Part shown: in pieces, positions 25,013-33,461 of the stretch
Layout: each line of letters opens with the position of its first letter
Position numbering within the stretch: position 1 is the stretch's first letter
NCBI GenBank assembly: GCA_049322355.1
Contig: JBMORG010000010.1
Span: 435,186-499,185 of the forward strand
DNA: 64,000 nucleotides
DNA from: Thermodesulfobacteriota bacterium
GTDB lineage: Bacteria > Desulfobacterota > Desulfobaccia > Desulfobaccales > 0-14-0-80-60-11
Reading direction: 5' to 3'
The notes under the pieces: model-generated
Told to the model about the DNA's origin: nothing
The model's input: the letters and a program-made list of their open reading frames with translations, nothing else
Databases searched by the model: none
Program-made: the position numbers and the translations under genes

Positions 25013-26938
25013 TTATTGCTGGGCCACCTTCTGCTGAATGCGAACAATGACAAATTCCGCGGGCTTCAACGGAGCAAAGCCCACTATGACGATTACCATG
25101 CCCCGGTCGATGTCGTCCTGGGTCATGGTGTCGCCCTTTCCGCACCGCACAAAGTAGGCTTCCGAGGCCGTCTTGCCTTGAAAGGCGCCAGCCCGGAAAA
25201 GCCCGTCCATGAAGGCCCCGATATTGGTGCGCAGGGAAGCCCACAAGTTGTAATCATTAGGCTCGAAGACCGCCCATTGAATGCCGTTGTAGATGCTCTG
25301 TTCGATCATGATGGCAGTGCGGCGCACCGGCACATAGCGCCACTCCGGTTCGGCCTTGGTAGCCAGGGTCCGGGTCCCCCAGATGACCGGGCCATAGCCG
25401 GGCATACGGCGCAGACAGTTGATGCCCAGGGGATTGAGCTGATCCTGTTCGCCATCTTCAATCTGGTATTGCAGGCTGGTCACTCCCAGGAGAGAGGTTT
25501 CCACCCCGGCGGGAGCTTTCCAAACCCCGCGTTTGGCGTCGATCTTGGCCCACATGCCGGCTGCCGCGGCGCCGGGGGCCACCAGCAAGGTGGTGGGGAC
25601 GCCGGGATTGAACTCGGCTTGGTAAAAAGGGTTGGCCACTTTGATCCAGGGATAGTACACCACCGAGTAAGTCTTGGGTTTAAAGCCCAGATCGGTCACC
25701 GCCTTCTCGGTTTTCAATTCGGTGTTTGCTGGCGGGTCGATAATAACCATGCGGCTTTTCATCTTTTCCGCATGGGCCACGGCGGCATCTATGATGGCCT
25801 GCTCCGCAGTGGAAGACCAGGTCTGCCCCGGCAGGCAGATGATATTAACATCCCGGTATTTTTCCAAAATGGCGAAAATCGCCTGGTAGGCGGCTAGGTT
25901 GGGCTGGTTGCCATTACCCCCACCAGTCAGGGGAACCAAACCATCTACTGTGGCCAGCAACTCGTTCAGCGACTGCTGGCCGGTACGCTCCAAGCCGTCG
26001 TGAGCCACGCCCAGCAGCAAGTGCGCCGCAGCATCATCGGCGCCGCCAGGGCCGGTTACCACCACGGCGGAAGTGGGAAGCCGGGACCCGGAGGTCAGTT
26101 CCAGGCGCTGGTTGACCACGGCACAGGTAAAGCCGTGAACTGCCGGATTTTCTGCAGCCGTGACCGCCCCCCGGACCTGGGTCTGAATGAGACTGGCCAC
26201 GTCGGCCAACTCGCTGTCGTTGTCAAAGGCATCCGCAGCAAAAGAGACGCTCCGGGCGGCGCCATCCACCGTGACGGTCATGGAGTCGCCGTTCAGGACC
26301 GTAAGGTCAGCCAGTCCCCCCAGATTCTGACTGATGCTGACCCCCAGCAGATACTGGCTCAGGTCTTGAACCTCCACCACAATATACTTGGAGATGCCGT
26401 TGACCTTGCTCTCGATGTAGTCCGGAGCTTGGTCGTCAGCGACCGTCAGATCGGTGAACTTCTCCAGGGATTGAAACTTTCCTTCTCCATCCGGGACGCC
26501 CACCTCCAGAACGAAATAATTAGGGAAATCTGGTTTGGGATTGAACCGCACCCTGAGGGCGTTTCCCCACTCCCCTGGATTGACCGCCAGAAATTTAATT
26601 ATCTGGGCGGCGTTCCCCGGATTCACCACAAAGCCTTCCGCTGTGTCTGCGGTGCCCTCGGCAATGGCGCGGACAATATAAGCCGCGGTGCCGCCATTGA
26701 GGAAGAAGTTGTAGGCCGCAAATCCCATGGGATCCCCGGCTTCGTCCTTGCCGAGGTCCTGGATTCCGCCAAACTGATCGTCATAGGCATCCCATTTAAA
26801 AATCAGGGTCGGCTCCGCCACGGGGCCCTTGGTGGTATAGCCGATAAAAGCGGCTGTAGATGTCCCCACCCCTTCAATAGGTTTGACCCCGCTGGGAATT
26901 TCCTCAACATAAACACCCGGATGCAGATAACTGGGCAT
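25013..26938 (-). CDS. Contractile tail sheath protein
   Basis: 641 aa. N-terminus MPSYLHPGVYVEEIPSGVKPIEGVGTSTAAFIG is typical of sheath proteins. AGGAGAAGG precedes the ATG. First gene of the operon. Confidence 0.9.
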   Translation of the reverse strand: MPSYLHPGVYVEEIPSGVKPIEGVGTSTAAFIGYTTKGPVAEPTLIFKWDAYDDQFGGIQDLGKDEAGDPMGFAAYNFFLNGGTAAYIVRAIAEGTADTAEGFVVNPGNAAQIIKFLAVNPGEWGNALRVRFNPKPDFPNYFVLEVGVPDGEGKFQSLEKFTDLTVADDQAPDYIESKVNGISKYIVVEVQDLSQYLLGVSISQNLGGLADLTVLNGDSMTVTVDGAARSVSFAADAFDNDSELADVASLIQTQVRGAVTAAENPAVHGFTCAVVNQRLELTSGSRLPTSAVVVTGPGGADDAAAHLLLGVAHDGLERTGQQSLNELLATVDGLVPLTGGGNGNQPNLAAYQAIFAILEKYRDVNIICLPGQTWSSTAEQAIIDAAVAHAEKMKSRMVIIDPPANTELKTEKAVTDLGFKPKTYSVVYYPWIKVANPFYQAEFNPGVPTTLLVAPGAAAAGMWAKIDAKRGVWKAPAGVETSLLGVTSLQYQIEDGEQDQLNPLGINCLRRMPGYGPVIWGTRTLATKAEPEWRYVPVRRTAIMIEQSIYNGIQWAVFEPNDYNLWASLRTNIGAFMDGLFRAGAFQGKTASEAYFVRCGKGDTMTQDDIDRGMVIVIVGFAPLKPAEFVIVRIQQKVAQQ

Positions 26939-27231
26939 AACCTTCTCCTTACCTAAGTAAAGTTTGATTCCAGGTTAATACCAATGCTTTGAACAACTTG
27001 GATCAAAGCCCGCAAGTCCTCACCGCTTATCAAAAAAGTTACAGTTGATTATAGATAGTTATCTTTAAGGACCCCCCAAGGCCTCGTTCGCTGTGTTTAA
27101 TACCCCAGATTGATTACCTTATTTTCAGGCCCTGCCTTTTTGAAATACTTAAAAATTTATCGCCTCACCGCGGCAGATTCATTGACACCCCTTGCAGTCC
27201 CTTTTTTGAAAGTAATTTATTAAATGGTAAA

Positions 27232-27260
27232 ATAATAGGGACATCATTTTATAAAGTCAA
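27232..27260 (-). promoter_or_regulatory. Candidate sigma70-type promoter of the eCIS operon
   Basis: On the minus strand: TTGACT (27260-27255), a 17-nt spacer, then TATTAT (27237-27232). It lies inside a visibly AT-rich ~330-nt stretch and would give a ~285-nt leader before the sheath ATG. Confidence 0.35.
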
Positions 27261-27720
27261 TATGAATAAAATATTTATAAAAAAATTATCTCTTCCAAAA
27301 TTTTGCCTTACCTTTTCATCAATGATATGAGCACGGTTGGGTGCCACTTCGGGCAGGATAAAGCAATGCATATTGATGACTAAAAATCGAGTCCAATCTC
27401 TACGAAGTGCCTGACAATCTAAATTTTATTGATGTGGGGGTGGATGAGATCCAGAGTCTGGAATGGGAGGCGGTGCATTTTACCAAGAAGCTGGTGCGGC
27501 TTAGGAGGCGAAAGCACTAACGCAGTGCGGGTAATTGTGGCTACCCCCCCTAAACCGGAACCTCGGGGAAAAGGGTTTTGGGGCTGATGCCTCGACATGC
27601 CGCGCTGGAGATTTCATATCTTTGACTGTCAGGGTCAAATTTGATAATCCTTTGTCGGTGGCTTTAACTGAAGTTACGGTTCGGAATCAGCCTTTGTGGC
27701 TTGATAAGGAGATTATTCAG

Positions 27721-30186
27721 ATGTCTAAAGAGCAAAGGCTTCTGCGGCAGGGGCTTCCCCTGGTAATGGCGGCCTTCTTTCTGTTGGTCTGCGGTCAGCC
27801 GGCCCAGCCGGCCCAGGATTCTTGGCCCAAGCGCTTCGAGCACCCCAAGGGCACGGTGGTCATGTACCAGCCTCAATTGGAAAATTTAAAAGACGATATC
27901 TTGTCGGCCCGGGCCGCAGTGTCCGTGAAAACCAAGGACATGAAGGCCCCGGTGTTCGGGGCTGTGTGGCTTTCGGGACGTGTCTTCGCCGACCGGGACA
28001 CCCGCATGGCCACCATCTCTGAGGTCAAGGTTACCGACGCCAAATTTCCCGATGCCAAACCAGGGCAATTGGAGAAATTGAAGGACTTTCTCAATACCGA
28101 GATGGCGGAATGGAGCGTGCCTATCTCCCTGGACCGGCTGCTGGCTGCCCTGGAGGTGGCGGAGCAGGAACAGGCCGGGGACCGGGGGCTGATTAACGAG
28201 CCGCCCAAAATCATCTTCGTCAGCCATCCCGCGGTTCTGGTTCCTCTGGACGGTGATCCCAAGTTGCTGCCCGTCCCCAAATCCTCCCTGATGCGGGTGG
28301 CGAATACGCCTTTCCTCATGCTTTATGACCCTGCGGCCAAGACCTATTACCTGAAGGGTGGCCCCGACTGGTTAGCTGCCGCGGATCTCAAGGGCCCCTG
28401 GAAAGACTTGGAACAAGTCCCGGAAGCCATAAAAACCTTGGAGGCGGCGGCTCAGAAGGCTGCTCCGGGCCAGGCCGCCCCCAAGAAAGTGGAGGCCAAA
28501 GCGGGCAAAATGCCGGAGGTCATGGTCAGCACCGTACCCACGGAACTCCTGGCCACCGACGGGGAGCCCCAGTACACTCCCATTAAGGACACTAATCTCC
28601 TGTTTGTGAGCAATACCGAGAACAATATCCTTATGGACACCGCCAGCCAGGAATATTATGCCCTCATCTCCGGCCGCTGGTTTAAGACCAAGTCCCTGGC
28701 TGAGGGCCCCTGGAGTTATGTGGCGCCAAACCAACTTCCGGCTGACTTCGGCAAGATTCCAGAGAACTCAGTGAAAGGGCTGGTCTTGGTGAGTGTGGCC
28801 GGCACCCCTCAGGCCAAAGAAGCGGTCCTGGAAAACTCCATTCCCCAGACCGCCACCATTGACCGGAAAAAGGCGACCATCAAAGTGAATTACGCCGGGG
28901 AGCCCAAGTTCGAGCAGATTGCCGGCACCAACCTGGAATACGCGGTGAATACCGGTACGACGGTATTCAAGGAAGGAGACAAATATTATGCTTTGGACCA
29001 GGGGGTGTGGTACGAGGCCGACTCCCCCAACGGCCCCTGGACGGTGTCGGTAAATCCTCCCCAAGAAGTGAACAAGGTCCCGCCCAGCAACCCCCGCTAC
29101 AACGCCAAATACGTCAAGGTCTATGAATCTACCGACGACACGGTCACCATCGGCTACACCCCCGGCTATACCGGGTCCTACGTGGACAATGGCACCGTGG
29201 TTTACGGCACCGGCTACAATTATTCGGGATATTCCACCCCTGAGGCCTACATTCCGCCGCCGGCCACTTACGGCTACGCTGCGGCCTATGACCCTTACGC
29301 CGGTACCTGGGGGTATCAGACCCCTTATTATAATCCCGGCAGTTGGCTGGTCCCCGGCTTGGTAGGCTTTACCGCAGGCGCGTTGGTGGGCGCAGCCGCA
29401 GATAACTGGTGGGGCCATGGCTACAGTTACTGGGGTGGTGGCGGCTGGTGGGGAGCCGGCGGCTATAACAACGTCAACATCAACAATATCCATAACAACG
29501 TGATCAACCCGAGGCCAGGACCGCGGCCACCCGGCTGGCAACCGGGCGAGCGGCCCGGAGTGAAGCCCGGAGAACGGCCAGGGAGGCCCTCAACCCTGCC
29601 TGCTGAACGGCGCAATATCTATAACCGGCCGGGCAACGAGAATCGGCTGGCCTCCCGGCCCGGCGGCCCGGCGGCTCGGCCGGAGCGTCCTCCCCAGGCA
29701 CCCAGACCCAAAGCCGAAACCAGGCCGGCCCCGGCGGCCAAGCCCCGGCCCGCAACTCAACCCCAAGTCCGTCCGGCGGGAGGGCCAAACAACATTCTGG
29801 CCGACCAAAACGGCAATGTCTATCGCCGGGGCTCCCAGGGGAACTGGCAGCAGCGCCAGGGAGGCCAATGGAAACCCACCGCAACTCCTGCAACCCGGCC
29901 GGCTCCCCGGCCCGAGCGTCCGGCAGCCGCGCCCCACCCCAGCTTCCATGCCAGCCAGCTGAACCGGGAGTTTGCTGCCCGGCAGCGGGGTGAGATGCGG
30001 ACCCAGAACTTTCAGCGGGCCAGCGCGGGCCCGAGGCCCAGCCCCAGTTTTTCCCGTCCCGGCGGCGGTGGAGGGGGCCGTCCTGGCGGCGGCTTCAGCC
30101 GGCCCTCAGGCGGCGGGGGCGGCGGTCCCCGCGGAGGCGGCGGTCCCCGCGGCGGTGGTGGAGGTGGCCGCGGCGGCCGACGCTAA
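27721..30186 (+). CDS. Secreted protein of unknown function with Gly/aromatic segment and long Pro/Arg/Gly-rich tail
   Basis: The ORF track gives 27535..30186. ATG at 27721 yields MSKEQRLLRQGLPLVMAAFFLLVCGQPAQPAQD, a signal-peptide-like N-terminus. The C-terminus contains GYSYWGGGGWWGAGGY and ends in GGGGGGRGGRR. Confidence 0.7.
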   Translation: MSKEQRLLRQGLPLVMAAFFLLVCGQPAQPAQDSWPKRFEHPKGTVVMYQPQLENLKDDILSARAAVSVKTKDMKAPVFGAVWLSGRVFADRDTRMATISEVKVTDAKFPDAKPGQLEKLKDFLNTEMAEWSVPISLDRLLAALEVAEQEQAGDRGLINEPPKIIFVSHPAVLVPLDGDPKLLPVPKSSLMRVANTPFLMLYDPAAKTYYLKGGPDWLAAADLKGPWKDLEQVPEAIKTLEAAAQKAAPGQAAPKKVEAKAGKMPEVMVSTVPTELLATDGEPQYTPIKDTNLLFVSNTENNILMDTASQEYYALISGRWFKTKSLAEGPWSYVAPNQLPADFGKIPENSVKGLVLVSVAGTPQAKEAVLENSIPQTATIDRKKATIKVNYAGEPKFEQIAGTNLEYAVNTGTTVFKEGDKYYALDQGVWYEADSPNGPWTVSVNPPQEVNKVPPSNPRYNAKYVKVYESTDDTVTIGYTPGYTGSYVDNGTVVYGTGYNYSGYSTPEAYIPPPATYGYAAAYDPYAGTWGYQTPYYNPGSWLVPGLVGFTAGALVGAAADNWWGHGYSYWGGGGWWGAGGYNNVNINNIHNNVINPRPGPRPPGWQPGERPGVKPGERPGRPSTLPAERRNIYNRPGNENRLASRPGGPAARPERPPQAPRPKAETRPAPAAKPRPATQPQVRPAGGPNNILADQNGNVYRRGSQGNWQQRQGGQWKPTATPATRPAPRPERPAAAPHPSFHASQLNREFAARQRGEMRTQNFQRASAGPRPSPSFSRPGGGGGGRPGGGFSRPSGGGGGGPRGGGGPRGGGGGGRGGRR

Positions 30187-30507
30187 CGTTTTAGGGACCA
30201 GGTAAGAATGTGGGGAGAACCATGGCTCCCACCGTGATCACCCCTGGGCTTCCTAATGCTGACCAGTACAAGGCCAGGGTGTCCCTCAAAACGGTTTCAT
30301 AGATGACCTGACTCCCTCAAAGGAGCCATTAGTGAATGCCGCCAGGGAAAATATCTTGATAGTTTTCCTTTCCCTGAACGCGCTGCTTTTTTTATTTCCC
30401 TTCCCCTCCACCTGGAGAATGTTCATCCCGATATTTATGTATAAGTTGGTGAAAGCCACTCCCTGGACAGCAAGGGAAGGTTGGATCCTGGCGCATAAGG
30501 AGTGACC

Positions 30508-33402
30508 ATGAACTGGTACCAACTTGAAATGAACCAATTGTTTGCAGAACTTAATACTTCGGAGCAGGGCTTGACGGAAGCCGAGGCCAGGGAGCGCCTT
30601 GGGCAAATCGGGCCCAACAAACTGGCCGAAGCGGAGAAGATCAGTAGACTGAAAATTCTCTTGCATCAGTTCACAAGCCCCTTGATTTATATCCTCTTGA
30701 TTGCCGCGGTGGTGACTTTTTTCTTACAGGAGTATAAAGACACCGGCGTTATTGCAGCAGTATTGCTCTTAAATGCCCTCATCGGCTTCATCCAGGAATA
30801 CAAGGCCGAAAAGCAGGTCCAGGCCCTGAAAAAGATGGTGGTGGCTAAAGCACGAGTGCTCCGAGAAGGCAAAGAGGTAGAGATCAACGGGGAAGAGGTG
30901 GTCCCAGGGGACATTGTTCTGCTGGCCTCCGGAGGCCGGGTGCCGGCTGACGTGCGTCTCGTGAAGACCATCGAACTCAAGGCCGACGAGGCCATGCTTA
31001 CCGGAGAGTCCATCCCCGCGGAGAAAAAGAGCGGGGTCATCACCGAGGACAACCTCACCCCCGGCGATCAGCGCAATATGGCCTTCATGGGCACGGTGGT
31101 GGTTAATGGCCGGGCCAAGGGGGTGGTGGTTGCCACTGGCCCCAGGACGGTCCTCGGCCATATCGCCAAAGATGTCCAGGAAATAGGGGTGACCAAGTCG
31201 CCGCTTCAGGATAAAATCGACCGCTTTGCCCAGGCCATCGGGATCATCGTTCTGGTGGCGGCGTCGTTGCTTTTTCTGGTGGGTATCCTGGCAGGGGAAA
31301 GCGCCAAAGACATGTTTATGACCACGGTGGCGGCTACGGTAGCCACCATCCCCGAGGGCCTGCCCATTGTAGTTACCATCGCCCTGGCCATAGGCGTCTC
31401 CCGTATGGCCCAAAGCAACGCCATCATCCGGAAACTGCCTGCCGTGGAAACCCTGGGGAGTACTACGGTGATTTGTTCAGACAAGACCGGCACTCTCACC
31501 AAGAACGAAATGACTGTGAAACTAGCTTTTGACGGAGAAAAGATTTATGAAGTGACCGGCACCGGCTACGAACCCTTGGGGGAAATTTTGGAGGAAGGGG
31601 TCCCCATCAACGCCAGCGCCGACCAGCTACTGGCTATGATCTTTCGGATTGGGCTTCTCTGCAACGAATCAGTAGTCTATGAAGAAGAGGGGGCTTATAA
31701 GGTGGACGGCGACCCCACCGAGGGTGCGCTCATCGTTGCAGCCATGAAAGCCGGCCTCAATCCAGAGGAAGAGAAGGACGGGTTTCCACAATTAGCTATT
31801 ATTCCTTTTGAATCTGACCGGGGTTATATGGCCACCCTGCACCGAAACGGGAACCGCAACCTGGTATTTGTCAAGGGTGCTCCGGAGAAACTCCTGGATC
31901 TCTGTGCCGAGTGCCGGATGGACGCTTGGAAGGAGGTCCCCAGGATGGCCGAACGTTTCGCCCGGGAGGGGCTGCGGGTATTAGGCATGGCCTACAAGGA
32001 AATTTCCGGCGAGCAGACGGACATCACCATGGAGGATTTACAAACAGGGCTGATTTTCGCGGGTTTGCAAGGTATGATCGACCCGCCTCGCCCTGAAGCC
32101 GTTGAGGCCGTGGCTGGGTGCAAGGAGGCGGGCATCAGGGTGGTGATGATCACTGGCGACCATGCGGTTACTGCTCTGGCCATTGCCAAGAAGCTGGGCA
32201 TCGCTCCTGAAGAAGAGGTAGTGGAGGACTTGGCGGCGAAGCCGGTGGAGTCTCTGACCGATGAGGAGATCCTGTCCCTGATCCAGGAGGTGGTGGGTAT
32301 TCTGGCCTTGCGCTCCGGCCTGGGCCAGCACCAGCCCGGTAGCCTTACCGGCAAGCACGTGCAGGCTATGAGTGATCCGGAATTCCTGGGATTGGTCAAG
32401 AGCTTGCTGGCCACCCTGGTCAAAAGAGCCGGACCGGAGGGGTCGGTCCGCAACGTCCTTTCGGGCAAAGAGATCGAGTCTATGAGCGATGCCGACCTCT
32501 ACCATCTGGTGCAGAGAGTGTCGGTCTACGCCCGGGTTTCTCCTCAGCACAAGTTACGTATCACCCAGCAGTTGCTCAAGCACGGTGAGATCGTAGCCAT
32601 GACTGGAGACGGGGTGAATGACGCCCCGGCCCTGAAAGCGGCCCATATCGGTGTGGCCATGGGCAAGACCGGCACCGATGTGGCCAAAGAAGCCTCGGAT
32701 ATGGTTATCGCAGATGACAATTTTGCCAGCATTTACCGGGCTGTGGAGTTAGGGCGGGTCGTTTTTGATAACATCCGCAAAGTTGTATTTTTCCTCATCC
32801 CCACCGGCATTGCCGCGATCATTACGATTTTGGCCATCGTGATGCTGAGATTGCCGCTTCCCTATCTGCCTGCCCAGCTTTTATGGATCAATATCGTCAC
32901 CAACGGCCTCCAGGATATGGCCCTGGCCTTCGAGCCTGGCGAAAAAGACGTTTTAATGAGGCCGCCGAGGCACCCGCAAGCCGGCATTTTCAACCGCCTG
33001 CTGGTGGAGCGCACTATCGTTGTCGCCCTGTTGATCTCGGCTGGGGTGATCTATGCATTCATCCATGCCCTGAACCAAGGAATGCCCCTGGAAAAGGCCA
33101 GGACCATCGCGGTGACCACCATGGTCTTTTTCCAATTTTTCCAGGCCTTCAACAGCCGCTCCGAGACGCAGTCCCTCTTTGGCATGAACCCGTTGGGAAA
33201 CCCCTTTCTCTTTTTCGGGACCATTGCTGCCTTTATCGCCCATCTGGCGGCCATTTACCTCCCGGCCCTGCAGTGGGTCTTTCGCATGGAACCCCTCCTG
33301 CCCATGGAATGGCTCAGGATAGGCCTGATTTCGGTCACTGTGGTGATCGTGGTGGAAATTGATAAACTGGCCAGGAGAATCATTGCCTCGGCCCGATCAT
33401 AA
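30508..33402 (+). CDS. P-type cation-transporting ATPase (P2-type, Ca2+-ATPase-like)
   Basis: DKTGTLT phosphorylation motif, TGDGVNDAPAL hinge, PEGLP in TM4, and a Cation_ATPase_N-like N-terminus. AGGAG lies 6 nt upstream of the ATG at 30508. Confidence 0.9.
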   Translation: MNWYQLEMNQLFAELNTSEQGLTEAEARERLGQIGPNKLAEAEKISRLKILLHQFTSPLIYILLIAAVVTFFLQEYKDTGVIAAVLLLNALIGFIQEYKAEKQVQALKKMVVAKARVLREGKEVEINGEEVVPGDIVLLASGGRVPADVRLVKTIELKADEAMLTGESIPAEKKSGVITEDNLTPGDQRNMAFMGTVVVNGRAKGVVVATGPRTVLGHIAKDVQEIGVTKSPLQDKIDRFAQAIGIIVLVAASLLFLVGILAGESAKDMFMTTVAATVATIPEGLPIVVTIALAIGVSRMAQSNAIIRKLPAVETLGSTTVICSDKTGTLTKNEMTVKLAFDGEKIYEVTGTGYEPLGEILEEGVPINASADQLLAMIFRIGLLCNESVVYEEEGAYKVDGDPTEGALIVAAMKAGLNPEEEKDGFPQLAIIPFESDRGYMATLHRNGNRNLVFVKGAPEKLLDLCAECRMDAWKEVPRMAERFAREGLRVLGMAYKEISGEQTDITMEDLQTGLIFAGLQGMIDPPRPEAVEAVAGCKEAGIRVVMITGDHAVTALAIAKKLGIAPEEEVVEDLAAKPVESLTDEEILSLIQEVVGILALRSGLGQHQPGSLTGKHVQAMSDPEFLGLVKSLLATLVKRAGPEGSVRNVLSGKEIESMSDADLYHLVQRVSVYARVSPQHKLRITQQLLKHGEIVAMTGDGVNDAPALKAAHIGVAMGKTGTDVAKEASDMVIADDNFASIYRAVELGRVVFDNIRKVVFFLIPTGIAAIITILAIVMLRLPLPYLPAQLLWINIVTNGLQDMALAFEPGEKDVLMRPPRHPQAGIFNRLLVERTIVVALLISAGVIYAFIHALNQGMPLEKARTIAVTTMVFFQFFQAFNSRSETQSLFGMNPLGNPFLFFGTIAAFIAHLAAIYLPALQWVFRMEPLLPMEWLRIGLISVTVVIVVEIDKLARRIIASARS

Positions 33403-33461
33403 CTTATTGCTGGTTTCAGCTTAGGCGTGTACTTGAACCCATGCACCACAGGGAGGCCCCT

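Larger units (their letters stand above)
2682..26938 (-). other. Extracellular contractile injection system (eCIS / phage-tail-like) gene cluster, 20 co-oriented ORFs
   Basis: All ORFs lie on the minus strand with 1-7 nt overlaps or gaps of at most about 165 nt. A structural tail/baseplate set plus AAA+ ATPase, DUF4255 and DUF4157 proteins is present. No head, terminase, integrase or lysis genes. Confidence 0.85.

Noticed and set aside
25016-26956. Long plus-strand ORFs (293 and 318 aa) antisense to the sheath gene. Similar shadow ORFs exist elsewhere, e.g. 13277..14464, 15244..16242, 23549..24322, 39109..39975, 42833..43693 and 56882..57865.
   Set aside because: They lie opposite genes with strong family signatures and have Arg/Gly/Pro/His-rich compositions typical of antisense frames in GC-rich DNA. 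No motifs, and no independent start or RBS context.
27181-27200. TTGACACCCCTTGCA, a sigma54-like (TGGCAC-N5-TTGC) look-alike.
   Set aside because: The spacing is wrong (3 nt instead of 5) and the GG dinucleotide is absent. It is also on the plus strand, pointing away from the eCIS operon.
27380-27520. 46-codon open frame ...YEVPDNLNFIDVGVDEIQSLEWEAVHFTKKLVRLRRRKH* that reads like the C-terminus of a real protein, possibly a gene remnant at the right edge of the eCIS cluster.
   Set aside because: There is no ATG and no recognisable family, and it is too short to support. It would be worth a tblastn, but I cannot call it.
27535-27720. 62-codon extension upstream of the signal peptide of the 821-aa secreted protein.
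   Set aside because: It starts with a non-ATG codon and has no membrane or secretory logic. The ATG at 27721 gives a canonical charged-then-hydrophobic signal-like N-terminus.
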